From NCBI GenBank assembly GCA_964393515.1, contig CAYMTY010000006.1, positions 38,334 to 102,333 on the forward strand: a stretch of 64,000 bases of DNA, read 5' to 3'. Positions within the stretch are counted from its first letter, which is position 1; each line of letters opens with the position of its first letter. Positions 32,842 through 45,008 of the stretch are shown in pieces. The notes below the pieces were generated by a model. It ran no database searches and had not been told where the DNA came from. It saw nothing but the letters and a program-made list of their open reading frames with translations. Source of the DNA: an uncultured Verrucomicrobiota bacterium. Lineage in GTDB: Bacteria; Verrucomicrobiota; Kiritimatiellia; CAIQIC01; Lenti-01. The position numbers and the translations under genes are program-made.

Positions 32842-35800
32842 TTACAACTCCGGCCGGATTTCGATCACGCGCGGCGCCGGGGCTTCCGCCCCTTCGTCCG
32901 CAAACAACAGCCAGACGTAGCGGACGGCCACCGGTTCCGCCCCCTCCGGCCAGGCATCCCAGACAACGCCTTCCCGGCTGACCAGGATCTGGAGATTGGT
33001 CGCCGAGCCTTCCGCCAATTCGACCACGAGATTGGTCATGTGCAGCAGGGCATCATAGCCCACGGCGATATATCCGCCGCCCGCACCGGCCGGGCCTTCC
33101 CAGGCGGTGTCCGCATCCTGGTCCACGGCGGTCCAGCCGTTGGTGTGTTCCGGGCTGTCGGTGCTCGTCACCACCGTCAGCGGGAACGGTTCCGGAACCG
33201 CGCCGGCCCCGGAGGCGGCGGCGCGCGGCCGGACCGCCCGCCGCGCCGGCGGAGGGGCCGGCCGTTCGCCATACACTTCCAGTTCGCAGATCAACACGCT
33301 CTCGTTGGCCGAGTTCGACAAGCCCGTGAACTTCACGTAGCGCAGCGCCGGGTTGGACACCGCCCAGTCGTCCCAGCCCTGGTGGTCCTCCCCGCTGGCA
33401 TCCGCCAGCAGCGTCCAGTCCGTGCCGTTCGCTGAGGACTCGAGCCGGTAGCGGTGGACGCGGTACGTCCAGTCCCAGTTCCGCAGCCGCACCCGGGACA
33501 CGCTGGCGGTGCATTGCAGATCCAGCAGCATGTAGCCCGGCGGCTCGTTCGTCCACGACGTGTGCCCGTAGTTGGCACTCGTGCCATGCACCCCGTCGAT
33601 CACCAGGTCCGGCCGGCTGGCCTTGAAGCCCGTGATGGTGGCTCCGCCCGCGGCCAGCGCCAGATTTTCGGACAGGTCGTCGTCCAGCGTCCGGACGGTC
33701 AGGTACTGATCGTCCCGTCCCGCCGCCGAGACCCGGATCGTCGCCGTCTCGCTGGCCGCGTTTTCGTCGGCCGGCGCCGTCAGCACCACCGCTTGCCACG
33801 TGTCCCAGTTCGCCGCGTTGAAAATCCGGGTGCCTCCGGCGGAGACCGCGATGTTGGTGTCGCCGTCGCTCCAGGCCACGGTGAACACCACCGGCTCCGC
33901 CGGCGCCATGTCCAATCGCAGGTAGACCCGGTCCGTGCCGTCTTCCCGCACGAGGACCTCCGCCTTCGAAAACAAGACCTGCGGCACGGGCGGCGTTTCG
34001 TACACTTCCAGTTCGCAGATCACCACGCTCTCGTTCGCCGAGTTCGACAAGCCCGTGAATTTCACGTAGCGCAGCGCCGGGTTGGACACCGCCCAGTCGT
34101 CCCAGCCCTGGTGGTCCTCCCCGCTGGCATCCGCCAGCAGCGTCCAGTCCGTGCCGTTCGCTGAGGACTCGAGCCGGTAGCGGTGGACGCGGTACGTCCA
34201 GTCCCAGTTCCGCAGCCGCACCCGGGACACGCTGGCGGTGCATTGCAGATCCAGCAGCATGTAGCCCGGCGGCTCGTTCGTCCACGACGTGTGCCCGTAG
34301 TTGGCACTCGTGCCATGCACCCCGTCGATCACCAGGTCCGGCCGGCTGGCCTTGAAGCCCGTGATGGTGGCTCCGCCCGCGGCCAGCGCCAGATTTTCGG
34401 ACAGGTCGTCGTCCAGCGTCCGGACGGTCAGGTACTGATCGTCCCGTCCCGCCGCCGAGACCCGGATCGTCGCCGTCTCGCTGGCCGCGTTTTCGTCGGC
34501 CGGCGCCGTCAGCACCACCGCTTGCCACGTGTCCCAGTTCGTCGGGTTGAACACCCGGGTGCCCCCGGCGGAGACCGCGATGTTAGTGTCGCCGCCGCTC
34601 CAGGCCACGGTGAACACCACCGGCCCCAGCGGCGCCATGTCCAAACGCAGGTAGACCCGGTCTGAGCCGTCTTCCCGCACATGGATGTTCGTCTTCGAGA
34701 AGACCGCCTGCGGCAACGGCACCAGAGTCCGCTCTCCGTAGACCTCCAGTTCGCAGAGCAGTACGCTTTCGTTCGCCGAGTTCGACAGACCCGTGAACTT
34801 CAGGTACCGCATCGGCTGGTTGGACACCGCCCAGTCGTCCCAGCCCTGGCGGTCCTCGCCGCTGGCATCCGCCAGCAGCGTCCAGTCCGCCCCGTTCAAC
34901 GAGGATTCGAGCCGGTAGCGGTGGACCCGGTACGTCCAGTCCCAGTTCCGCAGCCGCACCTGGGATACGGTGGCCAGTCCGTTGAAATTCAGCGTCATGG
35001 TTCCCGGCGGTTCGTTCGTCCACGACGTGTGCCCGTAGTTGGCACTCGTCCCATGGATCCCGTCGATCACCTGCTCCGGCCGGCTGGCCTTGTAACCTGT
35101 GATGGTGGTTCCCCCCATCGCCAGGGCCAGGTTTTCGGCCAGGTCATCGTCCAGCGTCCGGGCCGTCAGGTACTGATCGGCCCAGCCCGGCGCCGAGACC
35201 CGGATCGTCGCCGTCTCGCTGGCCGCGTTTTCGTCGGCCGGCGCCGTCAGCACCACCGCTTGCCACGTGTCCCAGTTCGCCGCGTTGAAAATCCGGGTGC
35301 CTCCGGCGGAGACCGCGATGTTGGTGTCGCCGCCGCTCCAGGCCACGGTGAACACCACCGGCTCCGCCGGCGCCATGTCTAAACGCAGGTAGACCCGGTC
35401 CGTACCGTCTTCCCGCACGAGGACCTCCGCCTTCGAAAACAAGATCTGGGGCGGGGCAGGCGCTGGGGAAAGCACTTCGAACGTGCGGACAATCGGTTCC
35501 GCAGGCTCCCAGTTGCCGGTACCCGCTTGTGAAGCCGTAACGCTCACCGTGCCTGTTCCGGTGAATGAAAGCAGTGCGTCTGCGAGCACGGCCGGACCCG
35601 CAGCCACCGCATAGGTCACCGGCAACCCGCTGGACGCCGTCGCCGCCAGCACGACCTGTGCGGTGGAGATCTGCGTCCCCGGATTCGGGAAATCAATGGT
35701 CTGGCTCGCCTGCGCCACCACCAGCAGGCCTGTTGCGGACCCTTCGTAGTTCGCGTCGTCCACCGCGGCGACAACGGCATAGCTGCCCGCCGCCACCGGC

Positions 35801-38800
35801 GGCTCGGCCAGGCCGCCATACGTGATATTCACAGTCAGGCCCGTCGGCGTGGTGGTGGCCGTCGCGCTCTTCGGCACGCCATCATAGGTCTGCTCCAGGT
35901 CGCTCAACTGCACCGTTGCCGCCGCCTTGGACCACGGGGTTCCATACACCTCCCATTCCGCCAGCCGCACCACGGATTCCGCGGAGTTGGACAAACCGGC
36001 AAACCGCAGGTAGCGGGCAACTCCACCGCCCAGCCACTCGTCCCAGCCAAGGTGGTCCTCTTGGCTGGCATCCGCCACCAGCAACCAGTTTTGGCCATCG
36101 CGCGAACCGTCAATGCGGTACCGTTGCGGGCGGTTTGTCCAGGCGGGATTCAACACCCAGATGCGCGCCAAGGTCACGGTCGTCTGCAAGTCCAGCGTCA
36201 ATGTCCCGGGCGGCGCGGCGGTCCAAATGGTCGCGGCCCCGTTGACGCCTGAGGTATGCACACCATCAATGGCCTGCAGCGCGTTGGACGCCTGGACGCC
36301 GGTGATCGTGGCGCCCCCCGCGGCCAGCGCCAGGTTTGAACCGGCATCGTCATCCAAAGTGGTTGTGGCAAAATACACATCCGAGAGATTGGAGCCCGAA
36401 ACCCGGAAGATCGCGGCTTCGTTGACCCCGTTGGTGTCGGCGGTGGCCTCCAGCGTCACCACCTGGTATACGTTCCAGTTCCAAGGCCGGAAGGTCAGGG
36501 TCGCCCCGCTCTTGACGGTCAGGTTCGTACTGCCCGCGACACGGGTCACGCTGATCGTCAGGTTTCCGGAGCTGCGCAGCCGGACATGGAGCCGGCCCTC
36601 GCCGGCCTCCCGCACCAGCAAGGCCTGCGCGCTCAATTCGGGAGTGGGCTTGTTATAGGCCACCTGGCAGGAGCGGACGACGGGGTCCGCCGCCTCCCAG
36701 TATGCGGATCCGGCCTGCGTGGCCACGATGGAAACCGTCCCGGTTCCGAGAAACCACAGGTTGGTCTCCTCCACAATGACGCCCGGGCCCGATTCCACTG
36801 CAAAGGACACCGGCAGGCCGCTGGAGGCTGTCGCCGCCAGCCGCACCACGTTGGTCGCCCATTGGTCGGCCAGCGGCGGAAAATCGATCGTCTGAGATCC
36901 TTTCACGACCACCAGCGTGCCGGCCGCCACGCCCTCCCAGTTGACATCGTTCACCGTGCCCGTCACGGCGTACGTGCCGGGAACCACCGGCGCCTGTCCG
37001 CTGCCGTCGTAGGTGAAATTCACGGCCAAGCCACCCGGGTCGGTCGTGGCCGTAGCCATCCGGGGGGTGCCGTCATAGGCCTGGAACAGATTTTGGAGCG
37101 TCACTGTTGCGGCGGCCTTCGCCACCACCAGCGTCCCCGTCGCCCCACCTTCGTAATTGACCTCATCCACCGCGGCCGTCACGGCGTAGTTGCCCGCGTT
37201 GACCGGCGCGGTCGGCGATCCATTGTAGGTCACCGTGATCGTCAATCCGGTTGGCGCGGTCGTGGCATTCGCGCTCCGCGGCGTGCCGTCATAGATCTGC
37301 GCCAGGCCGTCCAGGACTACGCCGGCCGCGGCCTTGGCCACCACCAGCGTGCCCGTCGCGGCCCCATACCAGTTGGGATCCACGAGGGTGGCCACCACTT
37401 CGTAGGCACCGGCCGCCACCGGCGCACCGGGCAGCCCGTTGTAGGTGAGCGCCACGGCCAAGCCGGCGGGGACCGTCGTGGCCCAGGCGGATTTCGGCAT
37501 GCCGTCGTAGGTCTGCGCCAATCCGTCCAGGTTCACCGTGGCCGGTCCCGGGGCCACCACCAGCGTGCCCGTGGCCGTACCCTGGTGAAAGGCCGTCGCC
37601 ACCGTGGCGGTCACGGCATAGGTGCCGGCCTGGATCGGCGCGGCCACCTGGCCGTCGTAGGTGAACCGGACGGTCAGGCCGGCCGGCAGGGTCGTGGCGG
37701 TCACGGTGCGGCACGCGCCGTCGCACACCTGCTCGAGGTCCTGCAGGAACACCTGGGCCGGCACGGGCTCCGCATTGGTCGGATCGTTTCCCGCCAGCCG
37801 CAGCGCCGGGTCGCCCAGGAGATTGTAGGTGGCGAATGTCGGCCAGGTGAACATGTTGCCCGGCAGCGCCCGCCGCGCCAGCAAGGTGGCCCGGCCCAGC
37901 GGGCCGGCCTGCTCCTGCAGCATCGTCTGGTAGATTTTCGCGCCCAAATCCGTGGCCGGGGAATTGAGCGGCATCGCGGAGGAAGCGAACACCGTCACCG
38001 CGCCGCCTTGCGGGCGCTGCAGGAGCGCTTCGGCCACGCAATTCACCGCCGGGGCATCGAAATAGCCCGCCAGGCAGCAGAGTGCCACCACGACCGGCGT
38101 GCGGCTGTTGGTCAGTGTTCCGATGTCCGTTGTGGTCAGCAGCCCCTGCGTGGCCAGCTTGGTGCTGGTGCCATGCCCGCTGTAACTGACCATGCCCGCC
38201 CCCGCATCGAAGGCGGAAAAGAGTGCGGCGCGCGCGGGGGTGATGGCCGTCGTATCCAGGTCGATGCGGGTGGACACGACCCAGGGCTCCTGGACCAGAT
38301 TCGTAAACACCGCGACCGATGCGGCAAAATTGCCGGCGGCATCCGCCTTGTCGTTCGCAAAACCCAGCTGGTTCTGCCAGGCGGCGCCGTTGTCCGCTTC
38401 GTAGGCCTGGATCTTCGCGATCATCGCGGCCAGGTCCGCCGCATCGCGTGCGGGCAGCCGGCCCACCGCCACGTCCGGCAGGTCATCGCCGCCGGCGTCC
38501 GCCAGCAGTTCGTCGGAGGAAAACAGCCCGTCGTAGGTCTGGCGCAGAATGGGTGGCAGGTGGTTGGCCTCGAACCCCATGCTGTCGAGGATGTCGTAAT
38601 GGCCGTCGCCCGCCAGCACCATCATTTGCGGGGATTCCGCCCAGGTCGTCGCCGCCCGGCGCACCAGGGCGGGGATCGCTTCCGGCGTGCGCAGCCCGCC
38701 CGCCAACAGGTCGCAGAGGTCCTCGAACACGGCCACGCCCGTACGCAGGCCCTGCCCTGCGCGGTAGTCCGCCAGCGCCTGCGCGGTCGGCTCCAGGGCG

Positions 38801-40305
38801 CGCGACGTGACGACCAGATAATCCACGCGGTTGGTCTCCGCGAGGAACCAGGCATCGGCCGCCGCCGGCACCGGCGCCAGCAGCGGAATCTCATCCGCCT
38901 CGGCCACGGCATAGCGCGCGTCGCCCGCCGCCACCGTCCACGCCTTCCCCGTCAGCGATCCGTCGGCCTCCGCGATCCAGGTCGGCTGGCCGGCCGCATC
39001 CAGCGCCAGCGCCACTGGCGCGGTGAACGCCGCGGCCGAAACCGCGGCGGCGCCGTCCGGCTCGACCAGGACCGTGCCGGCGCCCGGCGCCAACTCCCGA
39101 TTGTATTCCGCGGTGACTCCGTCCACCACGAAGTAGCTGTACTGGCTGGCATTGGTCAGCACGCCGCGGACGGTCAGAGTGTTGGCTCCATTGGAGGCCA
39201 CGCCCGCCGGAATGGCCAGAACCGCCGTGGCCGCATACTGATCATCGAATGAATTGGTGCCCACCAGGGTGCCGTTCAAACTGTATTCGGCGCGGTGATC
39301 CGGATTGCGGGTGGTTCTCGTCCAGCCCTGGACATCCACCCGCAGGGTCAGGGCGCCGTCGTTGTACCCCGGCAGCCCCAGGGCGAAATCCACGCGGTTC
39401 GACGCTGGATTGGTGGTGCTGATGACCGCATTCCAATAATAATAGTCCGCGGGGCGCTGCTCGGCGGCATTGAAGGGAAAAACATCCTGTTCGCAGCGCA
39501 CCTGCGCGGGCAGGCGGGTTTCACCGGCGGTTGCACCTGGCGCGCGCCGCGGCAGCGGGCAGCCGGCGCCGGCCCGGATCAGATAGGCCCCCGCAGGCGC
39601 ATACCAGTTGGTGGCCGGCCGGCCGAAAAACACCAGTCGGCCGCGGACCGCGTCATAGCGGAGGGGCACGGGCGCGCCCTGGCAGGTGATGGCCAGGCCG
39701 TCCGCCGCTGCCAGCCCCTGCACCGCGGCAAGTTCCAGGCCCATGCCGGTGGCGAGATCGGCCAGACTCACGCCGTAAAGCCCCTCCGCGCCCACCAGGA
39801 CTTTCAGCACGGACGAAGTTCCGGCTCCCGCGGCTTTGGCCCCGCTTGTGCGCGCCGCCGGTTTCACCGGCCGCACGCTTTCCTCCGGCGGCGGAGCGAA
39901 GACAACGGCATGCACGCCCAGGTCGCGCACACCGCCGGCCACTTCCACTTCCTCCAACCGGTAGGAGCCGCTGCCCCCGGCCACCGCGGCGGGGTCTGCC
40001 AGCTCATAGGTGGCTGCGGGCGCGTGGAACGCCACGGGCACCACGGATTCGCACAGACAAATTTCCGCGCCCGATTCCGGATCCAGACGAAAAACCCGAA
40101 AACCCGCGGTGCCCCAGGCCGAAGCCGTTTTCCAGGCCACTGAACCAACCCCGTCCCGCCATACACCCCACACCTCCGCCACATCCGCCCGGCCGGGCGG
40201 CCCGCCCCGCGCCTCCAGCCCGCCCGCCCCCCAGGCCCAAACAACGACGCCCAGCAAACGCCAGAAAAGAAGCGCTCCCGCCCGCCTCTGTGCCGCTGTA
40301 ATCAT
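32842..40305 (-). CDS. Giant secreted multi-domain protein 2 (about 2487 aa). N-terminal shared clan-CD peptidase-like module, then MBG-type repeats and four Ig-like plus F5/8 discoidin units.
   Basis: Start probably MITAAQRRAGALLFWRLLGVVVWAWG at 40305 (the track begins at an upstream TTG). The His/Cys pair is YSGHGTSTKL ... VALCCLAGYFD. MBG-like TYDGxxxxxTATTxPxGLxVxxTYNG repeats. Discoidin region TSWTNEPPGYMLLDLQ...RYVKFTGLSNSANESVLICELEVYG. Confidence 0.8.
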   Translation of the reverse strand: MITAAQRRAGALLFWRLLGVVVWAWGAGGLEARGGPPGRADVAEVWGVWRDGVGSVAWKTASAWGTAGFRVFRLDPESGAEICLCESVVPVAFHAPAATYELADPAAVAGGSGSYRLEEVEVAGGVRDLGVHAVVFAPPPEESVRPVKPAARTSGAKAAGAGTSSVLKVLVGAEGLYGVSLADLATGMGLELAAVQGLAAADGLAITCQGAPVPLRYDAVRGRLVFFGRPATNWYAPAGAYLIRAGAGCPLPRRAPGATAGETRLPAQVRCEQDVFPFNAAEQRPADYYYWNAVISTTNPASNRVDFALGLPGYNDGALTLRVDVQGWTRTTRNPDHRAEYSLNGTLVGTNSFDDQYAATAVLAIPAGVASNGANTLTVRGVLTNASQYSYFVVDGVTAEYNRELAPGAGTVLVEPDGAAAVSAAAFTAPVALALDAAGQPTWIAEADGSLTGKAWTVAAGDARYAVAEADEIPLLAPVPAAADAWFLAETNRVDYLVVTSRALEPTAQALADYRAGQGLRTGVAVFEDLCDLLAGGLRTPEAIPALVRRAATTWAESPQMMVLAGDGHYDILDSMGFEANHLPPILRQTYDGLFSSDELLADAGGDDLPDVAVGRLPARDAADLAAMIAKIQAYEADNGAAWQNQLGFANDKADAAGNFAASVAVFTNLVQEPWVVSTRIDLDTTAITPARAALFSAFDAGAGMVSYSGHGTSTKLATQGLLTTTDIGTLTNSRTPVVVALCCLAGYFDAPAVNCVAEALLQRPQGGAVTVFASSAMPLNSPATDLGAKIYQTMLQEQAGPLGRATLLARRALPGNMFTWPTFATYNLLGDPALRLAGNDPTNAEPVPAQVFLQDLEQVCDGACRTVTATTLPAGLTVRFTYDGQVAAPIQAGTYAVTATVATAFHQGTATGTLVVAPGPATVNLDGLAQTYDGMPKSAWATTVPAGLAVALTYNGLPGAPVAAGAYEVVATLVDPNWYGAATGTLVVAKAAAGVVLDGLAQIYDGTPRSANATTAPTGLTITVTYNGSPTAPVNAGNYAVTAAVDEVNYEGGATGTLVVAKAAATVTLQNLFQAYDGTPRMATATTDPGGLAVNFTYDGSGQAPVVPGTYAVTGTVNDVNWEGVAAGTLVVVKGSQTIDFPPLADQWATNVVRLAATASSGLPVSFAVESGPGVIVEETNLWFLGTGTVSIVATQAGSAYWEAADPVVRSCQVAYNKPTPELSAQALLVREAGEGRLHVRLRSSGNLTISVTRVAGSTNLTVKSGATLTFRPWNWNVYQVVTLEATADTNGVNEAAIFRVSGSNLSDVYFATTTLDDDAGSNLALAAGGATITGVQASNALQAIDGVHTSGVNGAATIWTAAPPGTLTLDLQTTVTLARIWVLNPAWTNRPQRYRIDGSRDGQNWLLVADASQEDHLGWDEWLGGGVARYLRFAGLSNSAESVVRLAEWEVYGTPWSKAAATVQLSDLEQTYDGVPKSATATTTPTGLTVNITYGGLAEPPVAAGSYAVVAAVDDANYEGSATGLLVVAQASQTIDFPNPGTQISTAQVVLAATASSGLPVTYAVAAGPAVLADALLSFTGTGTVSVTASQAGTGNWEPAEPIVRTFEVLSPAPAPPQILFSKAEVLVREDGTDRVYLRLDMAPAEPVVFTVAWSGGDTNIAVSAGGTRIFNAANWDTWQAVVLTAPADENAASETATIRVSAPGWADQYLTARTLDDDLAENLALAMGGTTITGYKASRPEQVIDGIHGTSANYGHTSWTNEPPGTMTLNFNGLATVSQVRLRNWDWTYRVHRYRLESSLNGADWTLLADASGEDRQGWDDWAVSNQPMRYLKFTGLSNSANESVLLCELEVYGERTLVPLPQAVFSKTNIHVREDGSDRVYLRLDMAPLGPVVFTVAWSGGDTNIAVSAGGTRVFNPTNWDTWQAVVLTAPADENAASETATIRVSAAGRDDQYLTVRTLDDDLSENLALAAGGATITGFKASRPDLVIDGVHGTSANYGHTSWTNEPPGYMLLDLQCTASVSRVRLRNWDWTYRVHRYRLESSANGTDWTLLADASGEDHQGWDDWAVSNPALRYVKFTGLSNSANESVVICELEVYETPPVPQVLFSKAEVLVREDGTDRVYLRLDMAPAEPVVFTVAWSDGDTNIAVSAGGTRIFNAANWDTWQAVVLTAPADENAASETATIRVSAAGRDDQYLTVRTLDDDLSENLALAAGGATITGFKASRPDLVIDGVHGTSANYGHTSWTNEPPGYMLLDLQCTASVSRVRLRNWDWTYRVHRYRLESSANGTDWTLLADASGEDHQGWDDWAVSNPALRYVKFTGLSNSANESVLICELEVYGERPAPPPARRAVRPRAAASGAGAVPEPFPLTVVTSTDSPEHTNGWTAVDQDADTAWEGPAGAGGGYIAVGYDALLHMTNLVVELAEGSATNLQILVSREGVVWDAWPEGAEPVAVRYVWLLFADEGAEAPAPRVIEIRPEL
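33250..35445. repeat. Three tandem 729-bp (243-codon) near-identical coding repeats inside giant gene 2. A fourth diverged copy lies at about 36.1-36.85 kb.
   Basis: Identical 84-aa antisense ORFs recur at a 729-bp offset (33333..33587 and 34062..34316). The forward-frame ORFs 33454..34164 and 34183..34665 share more than 120 identical residues. Each unit encodes an Ig-like plus discoidin pair. Confidence 0.75.
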
Positions 40306-40339
40306 GACTTCATCTCTCACGCCCCGCCGGCGCAAGCCT

Positions 40340-40480
40340 GACCTCTTTTCTGTAAGGAAAAATATGCCATGAATTCATAGAATGTCAATATTATATTATT
40401 GCATTATTAGCTTTATGTTAGTTTTATATTAATACCTTTTAACACTTGTTTTTTATCATTCTAACTGCATTTCTCTCAAC
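40340..40480. promoter_or_regulatory. Strongly AT-rich (about 20-25% GC) 140-bp island immediately upstream of giant gene 2.
   Basis: GAAAAATATGCCATGAATTCATAGAATGTCAATATTATATTATTGCATTATTAGCTTTATGTTAGTTTTATATTAATACC.... This is a large drop from the flanking 70% GC. Confidence 0.35.
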
Positions 40481-40940
40481 ATGTTAAAGAATGACACGCA
40501 AAGCCAAAATCGGCCCGGAAACCCGCGGGATTCCGAAGACAGATCGGAAACATCCGAAAATCGCTGTGCCCCCGGCAGCCACACAACATCGGACGGTGCG
40601 GTGTCGCCGCACATTAACAGTCACCCACCCCGCCGCTATTTGTCCCTTTCCACATGCCGGGAATAATCGCACCGCGGCCGGTGGGCGCACCGCCGCCGCG
40701 GAACTCCCGTCCCAACGGAGTGCATTCGTCCGGATCACCACCGGACAACGCTTCGGGCCGGCTTTACCCGCCCGCGACTTTCCGGCGGGGATTGGTTGAA
40801 TGCCACCCGGCCGGCCATTGCACAGCCGTCTCCGCCCCGATGGTCTTCCGCCGCCGATGTTCCCCGCCCCGCCGCTGGTCCCGTTCCGGACGCATTTCCG
40901 TGCCGCGGGCCAGACCGCCCGGCATGCCCCCGCCCGGAAA

Positions 40941-40984
40941 CAGGCCGCGCTTGCCTTGGCGACTGGCGGCCGCTAAGTTCAACT
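40941..40984 (+). promoter_or_regulatory. Sigma70-like promoter (leaderless-type) for SBP-HK1. It is part of a 44-bp motif duplicated upstream of SBP-HK2.
   Basis: CAGGCCGCGCTTGCCTtggcgactggcggccgcTAAGTTcaactATG has a -35 TTGCCT, a 17-nt spacer, a -10 TAAGTT and the ATG 5 nt downstream. Confidence 0.35.
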
Positions 40985-43194
<2,210 letters not shown>

Positions 43195-43198
<4 letters not shown>

Positions 43199-43575
43199 AA
43201 CTCCGCATCCTGATGATCGAAGACAACGAGCAGAACCGCTATCTGGAAATGTATTTGCTCAAAAGCCGCGGCCACGAGGTGCAGGCCGCCGATGACGGGC
43301 CCGCCGGCCTGGAACGGGCCGCCGCCGAACGGCCCGACATCATCCTGCTCGACATCCAGCTGCCCGGCATGGACGGCTACGCGGTTGCCCGCGCCCTCCG
43401 CCAAATGCCCGGCCTGGCCGGCGTGCCCATCGTGGCCGTTACCTCCTATGCCATGCCCGGCGACCGCGAAAAGGCGCTGGCGGCCGGCTGCTCCGGCTAT
43501 CTCGAAAAACCCATCGATCCGGACACCTTTGTCGCCGACATCGAACGCCACCTGCCCCGGGGAACCAACGCATGA
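43195..43575 (+). CDS. Single-domain CheY-like response regulator.
   Basis: MKLRILMIEDNEQNRYLEMYLL...DIILLDIQLPGMDGY...GYLEKP. The ATGA start overlaps the kinase stop. Confidence 0.85.
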
Positions 43576-45008
43576 ATCCACCCCTGATCCTCGTTGTGGA
43601 CGACAAGCCCGAAAACCGCTACCTCCTCCGCGCGCTGCTGGAAGGCCATGGCTTCCAAGTTGCCGAGGCCGCCCACGGCGACGAAGCGCTCACCCGCGCC
43701 CGCAAGCACCGGCCCGACCTCGCCGTCTCCGACATCCTCATGCCCGTCATGGACGGCTTCGCCCTCTGCCGCGAGTGGCGCCTCGACGACGACCTCAAGT
43801 CCGTGCCCTTCGTCTTCTACACCGCCACCTACACCGACCGGCGCGACCGCGATTTCGCCCTCGCCCTCGGCGCGGACGAGTTCATCGCCAAGCCCAAGGA
43901 TCCCGCCGAACTCATCGAGGAAATCCGCGCCCTCCTCGCCCGCGGCACAACCCCCGCCGCGCCCGGGCCCGCGGCCAAGGTCGAAACCGTCTACCTGCGG
44001 CAGTACAACGAAGCGCTCGTCCGCAAGCTCGAAACCAAAATGGAGGAGCTCCGGCGCGACGTCGACGCGCGCCGCAAAGCCGAAGAACGCCTCCGCGCCA
44101 GCGTGGAACACCTCCAGGACGTCGCCGCCAATCTCCCCGGCGCCATCTACCAGCTCCAGACCGGCCGCCACGGCCGCCTGGAAGTGCCCTACATGAGTTC
44201 CGGCTGCGAGGCTCTCTTCGAACAGCCTCTCTCCGGCCTTGATTTTACCGGCCTCTTCTTCGACCACATGCACGCGGGCGACCGGGGACTCTTCGAATAT
44301 TCCCTCGCCGCCGCCATACGCCGCTTCGAGCATTGAGCGCTCGAATTCCGCATTCTCCTCCCCGGCGGCCGCGTCAAATGGCTGCGCGCGTCGGCCAACC
44401 CGCGGCGCCAGCCCGACGGGCGCGTCGTTTGGAACGGCGTCCTGCTCGACATCTCCGCCCAAAAGGAGGCCGAGGAAGAACGCCGCAAAAGCGATGAACG
44501 CCTGCATTTACTCATCAAGAATTCATCCGACGCCATTTCCGTCGTCGATGCCGCCGGGGCCCTCACGTACGTCAGCCCCGCCGAAAAAACCCTCAGCGGC
44601 TTCACCCCCGAAGAAATGGCCGGCAAAACCATCGCCGACGTCATCCATCCCGACGATCTGGCCCGGGCCGAAGCGGCGCTGCGCACCACCGTTGCGCATC
44701 CTGAAAAGACCCACCGCCTGCAATGCCGGCACTGCCACAAGACGCGCGGCTGGATGCCCGTGGAAATCGTCGGCCAGAGCTTCCTCGACGAACCCGCCGT
44801 GCAGGGCATCATCGTCAGCGTTCGCGACATCACCGAGCGCATGGCGGCCGAGGAGGAAATGGCCCGGCAGCTCGACGAACTGCGCCGCTGGCATTCGGCC
44901 ACCCTCGGCCGCGAAGACCGGGTTGCCGAACTCAAGCGCGAAGTCAACGAACTCGCCGCGCAGCTCGGCCGGCCGCCGCCCTATCCTTCCGCGGAGGCCG
45001 CCTCGTGA
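43572..45008 (+). pseudogene. Receiver plus two-PAS-domain protein, interrupted by an in-frame TGA at 44336-44338.
   Basis: Receiver LILVVDDKPENRYLL...SDILMPVMDGF. The PAS motif continues uninterrupted across the stop (...AIRRFEH*ALEFRILLPGGRVKWLRASANP...) to the ORF end at 45008. Confidence 0.5.

Noticed and set aside
33250-35445. Tandem repeats as a CRISPR array.
   Set aside because: The units are 729 bp, coding and in-frame (Ig/discoidin domains). There are no short repeat-spacer units and no cas genes.
40481-40666. 61-aa ORF in the upstream region of HK1.
   Set aside because: Low-complexity Ser/Arg/Pro-rich translation with no start context. Likely noncoding leader or promoter DNA.
44336-44338. 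TGA read as selenocysteine.
   Set aside because: No convincing SECIS-like stem-loop immediately downstream, and the position is within a PAS fold where Sec is not expected. Kept only as an in-frame stop finding.
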